64,000 bases of DNA, from the NCBI GenBank assembly GCA_040772365.1, contig JAXGYI010000003.1, forward strand, positions 7,234 through 71,233. Direction: 5' to 3'. Positions within the stretch are counted from its first letter, which is position 1, and each line of letters starts with the position of its first letter. Shown piece after piece: positions 49,418 through 58,882 of this stretch. Under the pieces are notes generated by a model. It made no database searches. It worked only from the letters and a program-made list of their open reading frames with translations, and had not been told where the DNA came from. Position numbers and translations under genes: made by a program. This DNA is from Candidatus Moraniibacteriota bacterium (lineage in GTDB: Bacteria > Patescibacteriota > Minisyncoccia > Moranbacterales > GCA-2747515).

Positions 49418-49963
49418 TTGGAAGGCATGACGCCGGAGTACGTCGCGGATGTTGCGTACAGCGCACTACATAATACCAAAAGTCGTATTTTGCCATCACA
49501 ATATAATCATATACAGCGCATTGCAAAGACGGGGGATCCGTTATCCGCACAATCTTTTATTGGTAATCATGGTGGTTCAGTATCGGCAAAAAGTGTCTAT
49601 CCTACTGCAACAGCAAGAATAACAAAAAGCACCACGGATGGACCCGCAGCTCCATCATCGAATTTCTCTGCACAGGGTGTAGATACTCTTCGGCAGTCTG
49701 CAGGATTTTCTGACCTTCGTGGTGCTTCTGGTACTGTTAAGGATAGCATACAATACCCAAAAAAACAAGCTGTGTCGCAACAAAACCAATCCCTCCGCGC
49801 GCACTTGGCGAAGCGACAGCAACAGGCACAGGAGGCTACTGAGGCGCTGCGAGTAAAGTCCGTACGCACTGCACCACAAGAAATCACTGACTTATTGCGA
49901 ACGGAAAAGAGCACCGGCGTACTGCATGACATTGTCACGAGATTCGTGCCATGCTGCAGTTGA
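49418..49963 (+). CDS. Hypothetical protein (low complexity, Ser/Gln/Ala-rich)
   Basis: ORF only. No motif recognised. Confidence 0.25.
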   Translation: MEGMTPEYVADVAYSALHNTKSRILPSQYNHIQRIAKTGDPLSAQSFIGNHGGSVSAKSVYPTATARITKSTTDGPAAPSSNFSAQGVDTLRQSAGFSDLRGASGTVKDSIQYPKKQAVSQQNQSLRAHLAKRQQQAQEATEALRVKSVRTAPQEITDLLRTEKSTGVLHDIVTRFVPCCS

Positions 49964-50046
49964 CGGGTTGTGTGATTCCGAACGTTGACAATTTACTGAT
50001 CAGTATGCACGATTTTGTAAACAAGATCTATTTTTTTACCCTACAA

Positions 50047-50073
50047 TTAGCACTCTCTTGACAGGAGTGCTAA
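50047..50073 (+). promoter_or_regulatory. CIRCE operator (HrcA binding site), perfect consensus TTAGCACTC-N9-GAGTGCTAA
   Basis: TTAGCACTCtcttgacagGAGTGCTAA, 43 bp upstream of hrcA. Confidence 0.85.
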
Positions 50074-50085
50074 CACTGTTATACT
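50058..50085 (+). promoter_or_regulatory. Candidate sigma70 promoter overlapping CIRCE (-35 TTGACA, 16-bp spacer, -10 TATACT)
   Basis: The -35 hexamer lies in the CIRCE spacer and left arm, the classical arrangement for HrcA-repressed promoters. Confidence 0.55.
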
Positions 50086-50115
50086 AAATACAGTATACGG
50101 TCATTTCCATAAGCT

Positions 50116-50856
50116 ATGCATGAACGACGAAAGAAAATTTTAGTAGCAGTGATCGAAGAATACACCAAAACAGGATTACCGGTTGGGTCATCGGTATTGG
50201 CGGAGAAATATGGTTTTACGGTCTCCAGTGCGACACTGCGCAATGATATGGCGGCGCTGGAAGAATCCGGGTTACTCTACCAACCACACACAAGTGCGGG
50301 ACGTATGCCGACAGATGCAGGATACCGCTACTTTGTAGAAGAGGTGATGCCGGATAGAGAGTTGTCCAAAAAGGAGCAGCAGGCACTGCAAAGGGAGTTG
50401 CTGCAACTCAAGGTGCAGAATACACGACTCACGCGCACAACGGCGCGACTGCTATCAACACTGAGTGGCTATGTGGCGGTAAGTGTTTTGCCAAACAAAG
50501 AGGAGTTTTCTGAGTTTGGATTGCGGTCGCTTTTGGAAAAAGTGGATCGGGATAATTTGGATGACATTTGCGCATTGGCAGAAAGCTTGGACTACATTGA
50601 TGAGCGGTGTGATGAGTTGATGCAACTGGTTGCCGATGGTGAGACAAAAATTTTAATCGGCGAAGATAATCCGTTTGCTAAGACAAAAAACTACTCTATG
50701 ATTGTCAGTCAGTTTGATCAGGGCGGAGAGAAGGGTATTGTGGCGTTGATTGGTCCAAAAAATATGAAATACGAGCGTACGAAGTCCCTCATTGAGTATG
50801 TGAAGAAGATTTTGGGTGGGTCGGGTGCGGCAGTAATTATAATGCAATTACTCTAA
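50116..50856 (+). CDS. hrcA: Heat-inducible transcription repressor HrcA (compact, 246 aa)
   Basis: N-terminal winged helix MHERRKKILVAVIEEYTKTGLPVGSSVLAEKYGFTVSSATLRNDMAALEESGLL and a C-terminal …GPKNMKYERT… motif. Confidence 0.85.
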   Translation: MHERRKKILVAVIEEYTKTGLPVGSSVLAEKYGFTVSSATLRNDMAALEESGLLYQPHTSAGRMPTDAGYRYFVEEVMPDRELSKKEQQALQRELLQLKVQNTRLTRTTARLLSTLSGYVAVSVLPNKEEFSEFGLRSLLEKVDRDNLDDICALAESLDYIDERCDELMQLVADGETKILIGEDNPFAKTKNYSMIVSQFDQGGEKGIVALIGPKNMKYERTKSLIEYVKKILGGSGAAVIIMQLL

Positions 50857-50898
50857 AAGACATCTGATGTATAAATCATTTTGTAAATATTGTGAAAC

Positions 50899-51834
50899 AT
50901 GACACAGCAAGAAAAGCAAAAGAATAGTGAAAAAGATATTATTGTACGGCGTGCATTCCGCTTGTCACAGAAAGCACTCTTTTACAATCCGCAGGCGCGC
51001 ACGTATCTCATTTTGCGCGTTGGGCCAACAAAGAGTGGTTCACCTGCACATACGCGGTGGATGGAGAAATATGGTCCGATGGATTTGCCGGGTGGGCACA
51101 TGGATGAAGGCGAAACAGATTTGTATGCGGCGTTTGTACGCGAAGTACAAGAGGAGACAGGTGTTGATGTTTCTAGATACACGGCGGTACCATGTCACAC
51201 AGTTCTCATGATCAACGAAGGTGCACAGTATCCAAGTGGTGTGAATACGATTGCACTAGTGCAGTATGATGGTGAGATTGTCTTGAGTGAGGAGCATATG
51301 GATATGCAATGGCTGACTGCACAGGAAGTGGAAGATCACGGCGAGATCAAGGAGTGGATTAAGGAAAGTGTACGTAAGGCCCAAGAGCTGATTGCACTAC
51401 GAGAGGCAGATGATCGGTGGAGGCGGTGCGTAGCAGATTTTGATAATTATAAAAAACGTCAGGCGCAAACGCAGAAGGACCTCACCGCCTATGCTGCCGA
51501 AGGTGTCATTATGGATCTGTTGCCAGTGGTGGACAATTTTCACGCAGCGACCGATCATATTCCTGCTGACCAGGCAGATAATCCGTGGGTGACAGGCATC
51601 ATGTATATTCGTCAGCAAATGGAAAAGGTTTTTGAAGAGAAGGGCGTGACGCGGATGGAGGTAAAGAGTGGTGATGTGTTTGATCCGTCACGCATGGAGG
51701 CAGTGAAAGAAAATGAGGATGACACGATTGATGGTGATGCAGTGGTAAAGAAAGTGGTTCAGCCAGGCTATATGATGGGAGAGAGGGTTTTACGTGTGGC
51801 GCGTGTAGCAGTAGGACGGAGAGTAGAAAAGTAA
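50899..51834 (+). CDS. grpE: Fusion protein: N-terminal NUDIX hydrolase domain plus C-terminal GrpE nucleotide-exchange-factor domain
   Basis: Nudix box GGHMDEGETDLYAAFVREVQEETGV (G-x5-E-x7-REVxEExG) at aa ~65-90. GrpE signatures …CVADFDNYKKRQAQ… and …GDVFDPSRMEAV…GYMMGERVLRVARVAV at aa ~175-311. Confidence 0.7.
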   Translation: MTQQEKQKNSEKDIIVRRAFRLSQKALFYNPQARTYLILRVGPTKSGSPAHTRWMEKYGPMDLPGGHMDEGETDLYAAFVREVQEETGVDVSRYTAVPCHTVLMINEGAQYPSGVNTIALVQYDGEIVLSEEHMDMQWLTAQEVEDHGEIKEWIKESVRKAQELIALREADDRWRRCVADFDNYKKRQAQTQKDLTAYAAEGVIMDLLPVVDNFHAATDHIPADQADNPWVTGIMYIRQQMEKVFEEKGVTRMEVKSGDVFDPSRMEAVKENEDDTIDGDAVVKKVVQPGYMMGERVLRVARVAVGRRVEK

Positions 51835-51900
51835 GTAACGTATGTTATTAGCAATAAGACAAGGAATATGAACATAACAAAGAAAGGAGGTGAACACATT

Positions 51901-52320
51901 ATGACACGTGATATGATCCGCTTTTCGCCAGCGTCCGATATTGATCGGTTTTTCGGCGAGGCGTTTCTCCCATTCGTTGCGCAGGGCTATACACCGGCGG
52001 TGGATATGTACCAAGACAATGACAACTTGATTGTTGAGATGTCGTTGCCGGGCATTGATGCTGAGGAGGTGGATGTTGCTGTGGAGAATGATGTGTTGAC
52101 GATTAGTGGTGAAATGCAAGAGAAGAAAGAGGTGAAGCGCGAGAACTACTACCGCAAGGAAATGCGCTGCGGCGCGTTCTCACGTTCGGTGATCTTGCCG
52201 TTTGCCGTCAAGGGCGACAAGGCGAGCGCGGACTATGAGAAGGGCGTTTTGCGCATCACATTGCCCAAAGCCGAAGAGGCGAAGCAAAAGAAGATTACGG
52301 TGAATCTCAAGGGCAAATAG
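51901..52320 (+). CDS. Small heat shock protein (Hsp20 / alpha-crystallin family)
   Basis: Alpha-crystallin domain …AVDMYQDNDNLIVEMSLPGIDAEEVDVAVENDVLTISGE…GVLRITLPK. Strong AAGGAGGTG RBS 8 nt upstream of the chosen ATG. Confidence 0.85.
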   Translation: MTRDMIRFSPASDIDRFFGEAFLPFVAQGYTPAVDMYQDNDNLIVEMSLPGIDAEEVDVAVENDVLTISGEMQEKKEVKRENYYRKEMRCGAFSRSVILPFAVKGDKASADYEKGVLRITLPKAEEAKQKKITVNLKGK

Positions 52321-52348
52321 GGATGATGTACTATCGTCTTCTCCGATC

Positions 52349-52374
52349 TCTCCGCACCGGGAGCGGTGCGGAGA
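52349..52374 (+). promoter_or_regulatory. GC-rich hairpin between hsp20 and dnaK (tctccgcaccg / cggtgcggaga, loop ggag) with no U-tract. Possible attenuator or processing element.
   Basis: Perfect 11-bp inverted repeat seen directly in the sequence, 29 nt after the hsp20 stop. Confidence 0.35.
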
Positions 52375-52450
52375 GAAGAGGATAAGATCATGGATACGTC
52401 ATTTGTGAATTATCCCACTCTAGTAAATGTAAATTCATTAAGAAAAAGCT

Positions 52451-54397
52451 ATGGCAAAAATTCTTGGTATCGATTTGGGTACTACAAATTCGGCAATGGC
52501 CGTTATCGAAGGCGGTAAGCCAGAGATTATTGAAAGTGCGGAAGGAAATCGCACGACGCCATCCATGGTGGCGGTGAACAAAAATGGTGAGCGCCTCGTT
52601 GGTCTTTTGGCAAAGCGCCAGGCTGTGACCAACCCTATAAATACGCTGTTTAGCATTAAGCGTTTCATTGGGCGTAATTTTGATGAGGCAGAGGTGCAGG
52701 CCGATATTAAACTGTCTCCATATACTGTCATCAAAGCGGATAATGGCAGTATTAAGGCAAAGATGGGCGATAAGGAGTATACGCCGCAAGAGGTAAGTGC
52801 CATGATTTTGGGCAAAATTAAGACAGATGCGGAGGCAAAACTTGGCGAAAAAATTGATGAAGCGGTGATTACAGTGCCGGCATATTTTGACGATGCACAG
52901 CGTAAGGCAACGAAGGAGGCTGGAGAAGTTGCAGGCCTAAAAGTGCGCCGCGTGATCAATGAGCCAACAGCAGCTGCACTAGCGTACGGATTCAATAAGA
53001 AAAACGATGAGCAGATTGCTGTTTATGATCTTGGTGGCGGAACGTTTGATGTCTCCATTTTGGAAGTGAGTAATGACACGATTGAGGTGAAGGCGACCAA
53101 TGGTAATACACATCTCGGCGGTGATGATTTTGATCAGGTGGTCATCAATTGGGTTTTGGAGGAGTTTAAAAAACAGGAAGGCATTGATCTCTCCAAGGAT
53201 AATCTGGCACTACAGCGTGTGAAAGAGGCTGCAGAAAAAGCAAAGATTGAACTATCATCCTCTGAGCAAACAGAAATTAACCAACCGTTTATCACAACAA
53301 GTGATGATGGTCCGAAACATCTCGTCATGACGCTTTCACGTGCGAAATTGGAGGCACTTGTAGGTGACCTTGTACGCAAAACACTAGAACCAACAGAACA
53401 GGCGCTGAAAGATGCTGGATTTAGCAAGGAAGATATTGATGAAGTGATTTTGGTAGGTGGTATGACGCGTATGCCAATTATCCAAAAGACAGTAGAAGAG
53501 TTCTTTGGCAGAAAACCAAATATGACGGTGAATCCCGATGAAGTTGTTGCGATGGGTGCAGCAATTCAAGGCGGGGTCTTTCAGGGTGATGTCAAAGACG
53601 TGCTTCTGTTGGATGTGACGCCATTAACACTTGGCATTGAAACGATGGGTGGTGTACGTACACCGCTGATCGAGAAAAACACTACTATTCCAGCAAGTAA
53701 GTCACAGATTTTCTCTACGGCGGCAGACAATCAGCCGAGTGTAGAGATTCATGTCTTGCAGGGTGAGCGCGAAATGGCTGCAGATAATAAAACACTTGGG
53801 CGATTTATCTTAGATGGCATTCCACCAGCGCCGCGCGGTGTTCCACAGGTAGAAGTGACATTTGACATTGATGCGAATGGTATCTTAAACGTCAAGGCTG
53901 TGGACAAGGCATCTGGCAAGGAGCAGTCCATTCGCATTGAGGGGTCGTCCGGTCTCACGCAAGAGGAGATTGATCGGATGAAGAAAGACGCAGAAACGCA
54001 TGCAGAGGAAGACAAGAAAAAGAAAGAGCGTGTAGAGCTACGCAATGCAGCCGATACATTGGTCTTTACGACGGAAAAAGCAATGAAAGATGCCGGCGAT
54101 AAAATTACGGAAGAGGAGAAGAAACCAGTACAGGAAAAAGTGGATGCGCTCAAAGAGGTTTTGAAGGATCAGGATGCTGATGGTGAGAAGATTAAGCAGG
54201 CAACAGAAGAACTCTCTGCCGCAGCTCAAAAGATTGGTGAGAAGCTCTATAAAGCTGCGCAGGAAGCTGCTGCAAAGGAGCAGGCTGCAACGGCGGGTGA
54301 CGACGCACCGAAGGGCGATGCGGAAACAGCGTCCGCTGATAGTGGTCCCAAGGATGCTGAAGTGGAAGATGCACCAAAAGAGGATGAAAAGAAATAA
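52451..54397 (+). CDS. dnaK: Molecular chaperone DnaK (Hsp70)
   Basis: [22 protein letters not shown]…, [12 protein letters not shown], and other Hsp70 signatures. 648 aa. Confidence 0.95.
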   Translation: MAKILGIDLGTTNSAMAVIEGGKPEIIESAEGNRTTPSMVAVNKNGERLVGLLAKRQAVTNPINTLFSIKRFIGRNFDEAEVQADIKLSPYTVIKADNGSIKAKMGDKEYTPQEVSAMILGKIKTDAEAKLGEKIDEAVITVPAYFDDAQRKATKEAGEVAGLKVRRVINEPTAAALAYGFNKKNDEQIAVYDLGGGTFDVSILEVSNDTIEVKATNGNTHLGGDDFDQVVINWVLEEFKKQEGIDLSKDNLALQRVKEAAEKAKIELSSSEQTEINQPFITTSDDGPKHLVMTLSRAKLEALVGDLVRKTLEPTEQALKDAGFSKEDIDEVILVGGMTRMPIIQKTVEEFFGRKPNMTVNPDEVVAMGAAIQGGVFQGDVKDVLLLDVTPLTLGIETMGGVRTPLIEKNTTIPASKSQIFSTAADNQPSVEIHVLQGEREMAADNKTLGRFILDGIPPAPRGVPQVEVTFDIDANGILNVKAVDKASGKEQSIRIEGSSGLTQEEIDRMKKDAETHAEEDKKKKERVELRNAADTLVFTTEKAMKDAGDKITEEEKKPVQEKVDALKEVLKDQDADGEKIKQATEELSAAAQKIGEKLYKAAQEAAAKEQAATAGDDAPKGDAETASADSGPKDAEVEDAPKEDEKK

Positions 54398-54420
54398 CAT
54401 AGCATAGAAATGTTATGCAG

Positions 54421-54455
54421 CACTCAAGCCCCGTACGGGGCTTGAGTGTTTTGTG
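54421..54455 (+). terminator. Rho-independent terminator after dnaK
   Basis: 13-bp perfect stem cactcaagccccg / cggggcttgagtg, loop ta, then ttttgtgtatt. Confidence 0.75.
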
Positions 54456-54485
54456 TATTGTCGGTAAGTAGCAGGTGTTCACTTT

Positions 54486-54513
54486 TTGAGATTTGTGTAG
54501 GACGTGCTATAAT
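54486..54513 (+). promoter_or_regulatory. Candidate sigma70 promoter (TTGAGA, 16-bp spacer, TATAAT) for the downstream lipoprotein gene
   Basis: tttTTGAGAtttgtgtaggacgtgcTATAATgaacg, about 80 nt upstream of the ATG at 54594. Confidence 0.45.
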
Positions 54514-54593
54514 GAACGCGTTGGATTGTAATTTATAATGACCTACGTAGACACTGCGATGCGTGCAGTGTGTTCGTGAGGAAAAAGAAAACA

Positions 54594-55124
54594 ATGAAAA
54601 AGAAACAATGGCTCATGGTCGTGCCGGTCACTCTTGTGGCAGTAATGGTCCTTGGCGGATGTGTAGCAAAAAAGAATACTGCTACTGATCCGGTGAATAC
54701 TCCTGTCGTCAATGATACCGAGACAGCAGAAGAAATGGATACCGTACAGGTGCAGGAGATGCATACCACAAAAGACACAGTGGATTGGGCAGGTACGTAT
54801 AAAGGAGTACTGCCTTGTGCATCATGTGAAGGTATTGATACGGAGATCACGTTGAATGCGGATGGCACTTATAGTGAAAAGACAACCTATATTACCACGA
54901 AACCTGGTGGTGGAGAAGTTGATACTGAGACAGGTACGTTCGTGTGGGATGCCACAGGAACCACGGTGATACTGACAGAACATGATGATGGCGATGTCGA
55001 TAGTGATAATGATGATGGTAAGAGGGCATACCTTGTCACAGAGGGTCAGATGCAGGCACTAGATGCAGCAGGACAAGTCATCACTGGACCGCTTGCAGAA
55101 AATTATATTCTCAAGAAGCAGTAG
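54594..55124 (+). CDS. Lipoprotein with an NlpE-N-terminal-like domain (CxxC)
   Basis: Signal peptide plus lipobox …VAVMVLGGC|VAKKN. YKGVLPCASCEGIDTEITLNADGTY closely resembles the NlpE/CutF N-domain motif (Y-x-G-x-LPCADCxGI). Start at the internal Met; the ORF track begins at 54570. Confidence 0.55.
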   Translation: MKKKQWLMVVPVTLVAVMVLGGCVAKKNTATDPVNTPVVNDTETAEEMDTVQVQEMHTTKDTVDWAGTYKGVLPCASCEGIDTEITLNADGTYSEKTTYITTKPGGGEVDTETGTFVWDATGTTVILTEHDDGDVDSDNDDGKRAYLVTEGQMQALDAAGQVITGPLAENYILKKQ

Positions 55125-55321
55125 TGATCTCATGCAGCTGTGCACACACAAAGCCCAAGCCGAGTCATGTGCCCGGTCTGGGCTTTGTGCTGTAGAGCTG
55201 GATGAAAAACATATAATAATTGGAATGCGTAGTCGGAAAAATTGAAGAGGTTGCGCAAGAGCGTGAGAGGTAGACGGCTATAGGTATACTCTGCTATAAT
55301 GGCAATAAAGGCAAGAGATCT

Positions 55322-56647
55322 ATGAGCGTGCAAAAAGCTACAACAATTGCAATCTTGAAAGACTTGATACGCATCAATTCTATTAATCCCTTTCATATCG
55401 TTAAAGAGGATCCGGAGGATTCCTCCACGTGGCGACTGAAAGGCAATGAGCAAGATATTCGTGTGTATTTAGAGGCCCTACTGCAAAAAAATGGGTTTAA
55501 GGTATCTCGTCAATTAGCGCATGTTGATGCAAGTGGACAGAAACACTACAATATCTTAGCAGAAAAAGGTGCGGGTGATAGAGCGATTCTTTTTTATGGA
55601 CACATGGATACGGCGAATGCTGTGCCGTGGGAGTCTGTGGAGGAGGCGTTAACACCGAGAGAGGCGAAAAGAAATATTGATGGTGAAGAGAAGGATATTA
55701 TCATTGGTCTTGGCGCGAATGATATGAAGGCAGGTCTTGCCGTCATCGCAAATGCTTTTGGTGCGATAGAGCCACAGGATTATAAAATTAAAATAGCATT
55801 CGGTGTTGATGAGGAATTTTATTCTTTGGGATCACATGCCCTGATTAAGAGCGATTTTTTGGCGGATGTGAGCGCCATCATTGTTCCGGAAATTGGTGAT
55901 GGTCCCAACCCCACATATGGACCACGTACTATTGGTCTCGGGCGTCTCGGGCGGTGTGAGTACTGCATTACAGTTTTCGGAACGGGTGGACACGGCGCGC
56001 AATCAGATCATCCGCTGTTTATTAGTGCAGCCGATGAGTGTGCAAAAATTGTCTTAAAGATTGCAGAGCGAAAGAAGACTCATGTGGATCAGTACACCTT
56101 TGTTGAGGATAACACCCCTGGCAACGCAAAGATGATTTGTGGCAGCTTCTTTGTGAATAGGGTAGAGGCCGGTGGAGGATCCCTGTCCATTCCTGCCATA
56201 GGACGTGTGATTGTGGATTGGACATTTACACCGCATTTTACAATTGCACAAGGGCAGAAGTACTTGGAGGATATGATTGAAGATATGTATGCTGCGGGAG
56301 AGTTACGCAAAGTAACCATTGCGGGGACTTTTAAGAAAGTGCATGTCGCACGTGCGAAAAGACCCACTGTGCCCAGCGATGCGTATGGTATATCTGCGGA
56401 TCATCCATGGGTGCACTATGTGCAGAAGGTCATTGATAAGCAGTTTGGTTTTGCAAATTATAATTTTGGCTACTCCGTAGCAGATGAAAATGTCTTTTAT
56501 CGAGCGTATCCACATATTCCTGTCTTGGTAGTTGGGCCACGTGGCGATCATGCGCACTTGGCGGGAGAATGGGTGGACGTAGAGAGTGTTGTGCATCTTG
56601 AAAAACTTTTCCAAGAGATTGTTGCAGGGGCGTTACCCTTTTTATAA
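55322..56647 (+). CDS. M20-family metallopeptidase / amidohydrolase (ArgE/DapE-like)
   Basis: …ILFYGHMDTANAV… and …GANDMKAGLA… metal-binding motifs typical of peptidase M20. Confidence 0.65.
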   Translation: MSVQKATTIAILKDLIRINSINPFHIVKEDPEDSSTWRLKGNEQDIRVYLEALLQKNGFKVSRQLAHVDASGQKHYNILAEKGAGDRAILFYGHMDTANAVPWESVEEALTPREAKRNIDGEEKDIIIGLGANDMKAGLAVIANAFGAIEPQDYKIKIAFGVDEEFYSLGSHALIKSDFLADVSAIIVPEIGDGPNPTYGPRTIGLGRLGRCEYCITVFGTGGHGAQSDHPLFISAADECAKIVLKIAERKKTHVDQYTFVEDNTPGNAKMICGSFFVNRVEAGGGSLSIPAIGRVIVDWTFTPHFTIAQGQKYLEDMIEDMYAAGELRKVTIAGTFKKVHVARAKRPTVPSDAYGISADHPWVHYVQKVIDKQFGFANYNFGYSVADENVFYRAYPHIPVLVVGPRGDHAHLAGEWVDVESVVHLEKLFQEIVAGALPFL

Positions 56648-56678
56648 AAAGCACGTACCCTGTTCTGTGCGCCTATTT

Positions 56679-56707
56679 GACAAATGTGCAAAAATCGCCT
56701 ATAGTGG
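56679..56707 (+). promoter_or_regulatory. Candidate sigma70 promoter (TTGACA, 17-bp spacer, TATAGT) upstream of secE-nusG-rplK-rplA
   Basis: Perfect -35 and a near-consensus -10 with optimal spacing. Confidence 0.5.
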
Positions 56708-56717
56708 AGTGTAGAAA

Positions 56718-56737
56718 TAAAGCCCGCGGGGGCTTTT
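56718..56737 (+). promoter_or_regulatory. Terminator-like hairpin (aaagccc-gcgg-gggcttttt) in the secE leader, between the candidate promoter and the secE start
   Basis: 7-bp stem plus a U-run, 18 nt before the ATG at 56755. It could be the terminator of the upstream M20 gene or a leader attenuator. Confidence 0.4.
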
Positions 56738-56754
56738 TAAAATACAACCATTTT

Positions 56755-56937
56755 ATGGGAAAAATCATGCAATTTATCCGCGAAGCGTATGCGGAGATGA
56801 GAAAGGTGAAATGGCCAACGCGACAGCAGACCGTTCACTATACGGTTTTAGTTGTGATGATTGCTCTTGCGACAGCTGCGTACATTGGCGTTTTGGATTA
56901 TATATTTAGTAGCGTGATCAAGAGTTATTTACTGTAG
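56755..56937 (+). CDS. secE: Preprotein translocase subunit SecE
   Basis: 60 aa. …FIREAYAEMRKVKWPTRQQTVHYTVLVVMIALATAAYIGVLDYIF… is a single-TM SecE, directly upstream of nusG. The ORF track's longer N-terminus would span the hairpin. Confidence 0.7.
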   Translation: MGKIMQFIREAYAEMRKVKWPTRQQTVHYTVLVVMIALATAAYIGVLDYIFSSVIKSYLL

Positions 56938-56991
56938 GTGTAGTGTGTTGGAGTAAAAATACACGTGATATGGTAATTTTTTTGTAAACGT

Positions 56992-57537
56992 ATGGCAAAA
57001 CAAACACAACACCACGGAAAAGCATGGTATGTGTTGCATACCTATTCCGGTTATGAAGATAATGTCGCTCGAAACTTGCGACAACGTATTGAGTCTATGG
57101 ACATGCAGGATCATATTTTTGATGTGATCGTGCCAGTGGAGAAGAAGATCAAAATCAAAGGCGGGAAGCGTGTAACAGTAGAGGAAAAAATTTATCCTGG
57201 CTATGTCTTGGTGCAGATGATTGTAACGGATGCATCATGGTATGTAGTGCGCAATACACCCAATGTTACGGGCTTCATTGGATTGGGAACAACACCGACA
57301 CCGGTAGATGCCGAGGAAGTTATGTCGATTAAGAAGAAAATGGGACAGGATGAGCCGAAGTATCGCATTGATGTGAAGAAGGGTGAAAGCATTAAGATTG
57401 TGGACGGTCCGTTTAAGAATTTTGATGGTGAGGTGCAAGAAATTGATGAATCTAAGGGAAAGGTGAAGGTGCTTGTTATGGTTTTCGGACGTGAAACACC
57501 TGTGGAGCTGGATTTTTTGCAAATCAAAAAAATCTAA
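56992..57537 (+). CDS. nusG: Transcription termination/antitermination factor NusG
   Basis: NGN domain (WYVLHTYSGYEDNVARNL) and a C-terminal KOW (GESIKIVDGPFKNFDGEVQEID). Confidence 0.9.
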   Translation: MAKQTQHHGKAWYVLHTYSGYEDNVARNLRQRIESMDMQDHIFDVIVPVEKKIKIKGGKRVTVEEKIYPGYVLVQMIVTDASWYVVRNTPNVTGFIGLGTTPTPVDAEEVMSIKKKMGQDEPKYRIDVKKGESIKIVDGPFKNFDGEVQEIDESKGKVKVLVMVFGRETPVELDFLQIKKI

Positions 57538-57585
57538 ACATTGTTATTTATAGACACGTAATCAATCAGTTAGCACACTATTTGT

Positions 57586-58014
57586 ATGGCAGGAAAGAAA
57601 ATTAAAGCCGTTGTAAAATTGCAGGTACAGGCTGGTAAGGCAAATCCCGCGCCACCCGTTGGTCCTGCGCTTGGTCAACATGGTTTGAACATTCAGGAAT
57701 TTTGTACGCAATTCAATGAGCAGACGAAGGATCGGATGGGTGATGTGGTACCCGTAGAAATTACGGTGTACGAAGATCGTTCATTTACTTTTACGATGAA
57801 GACGTCACCAGCTGCACAACTTCTCTTGAAGGCTGCTGGTATACAGAAGGGTGCGGCAAATCCCGTGACAGATAAAGTGGGCAAGATCACTAAGGAGCAT
57901 GTGCGCAGTATTGCTGAAGCAAAAATGGCGGATCTTAATGCTGCAGATCTTGATGCTGCGATGCGGATCGTGGAGGGTACGGCAAAGTCCATGGGTATTG
58001 CTGTGGAGGGCTAG
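57586..58014 (+). CDS. rplK: 50S ribosomal protein L11
   Basis: [40 protein letters not shown]…. Confidence 0.9.
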   Translation: MAGKKIKAVVKLQVQAGKANPAPPVGPALGQHGLNIQEFCTQFNEQTKDRMGDVVPVEITVYEDRSFTFTMKTSPAAQLLLKAAGIQKGAANPVTDKVGKITKEHVRSIAEAKMADLNAADLDAAMRIVEGTAKSMGIAVEG

Positions 58015-58094
58015 AGTACATGCCTCATGTTTGTCATTTGTAATTATATAAGCGTGGGAGAGGTGAATACCTCGCATGTACCACAGACACAACT

Positions 58095-58769
58095 ATGAAA
58101 CAGAGCAAGAGATACAAGAGTGCGGTGGAAAAGCGTCAAAGTCACTCTATGACGATTACGGATGCGATTGCATTTGTCAAGGAGAACGCCAAGGCAAAAT
58201 TTGACGAATCTGTGGAGGTGCATGTGAGATTGAATATTGATACGAAGAAGGGCGAGCAGTCTGTGCGTGGCGCGGCTGTATTGCCACATGGTATCGGCAA
58301 AAGTATACGCGTTGGCGTAATTACCGAAGAAAAGCAGGGAGAAGCAAAAAAGGCGGGTGCAGATGTGGTGGGTGGTCAAGAATTGATTGATGCAATAAAG
58401 GGTGGGGCAATTCCTGCAGTGGATGTTTTGGTAGCAACGCCAGATATGATGCCAAAACTTGCCCCAGCGGCACGCGTATTAGGTCCACGTGGATTGATGC
58501 CGAGTCCAAAAACTGATACTGTGACGCTGCAAGTTGCCGCAACGGTGGAAGAGCTCAAGAAGGGGAAGGCAAATTTCAAAAATGATAATTCTGGTAATAT
58601 CCACCAAGTCATTGGTAAAGCGTCGTTTAGTGCTGAGCAGTTGCATGAAAACTACACAACTCTGATCAATGCAATACAGGCAGCGCGTACGGAGGCGCAT
58701 AAAGGCCAATTTATCAAGACAACACATTTATGCTCCACTATGGGTCCATCGGTAGTGATTGTGTCATAA
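58095..58769 (+). CDS. rplA: 50S ribosomal protein L1
   Basis: …KAKFDESVEVHVRLNIDTKKGEQSVRGAAVLPHGIGKSIRVGVI…. Confidence 0.9.
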   Translation: MKQSKRYKSAVEKRQSHSMTITDAIAFVKENAKAKFDESVEVHVRLNIDTKKGEQSVRGAAVLPHGIGKSIRVGVITEEKQGEAKKAGADVVGGQELIDAIKGGAIPAVDVLVATPDMMPKLAPAARVLGPRGLMPSPKTDTVTLQVAATVEELKKGKANFKNDNSGNIHQVIGKASFSAEQLHENYTTLINAIQAARTEAHKGQFIKTTHLCSTMGPSVVIVS

Positions 58770-58790
58770 GAAGAATTTATAATACACAGA

Positions 58791-58820
58791 GGTCCCCCAT
58801 GGTGGTGGACTTTTGTTGTT
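58791..58820 (+). terminator. Possible rho-independent terminator after rplA
   Basis: gtccccca-tgg-tggtggac (8-bp stem with one mismatch) followed by ttttgttgttg. Confidence 0.35.
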
Positions 58821-58882
58821 GTGGCACGTATACTGGATGCGTGACATAAATATGTGTATAAACTACTACAGAGCTATACTCT

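Noticed and set aside
56648-56754. Expected tRNA-Trp upstream of secE (common bacterial arrangement)
   Set aside because: No cloverleaf could be folded from this stretch. It contains a promoter-like element and a short hairpin instead.
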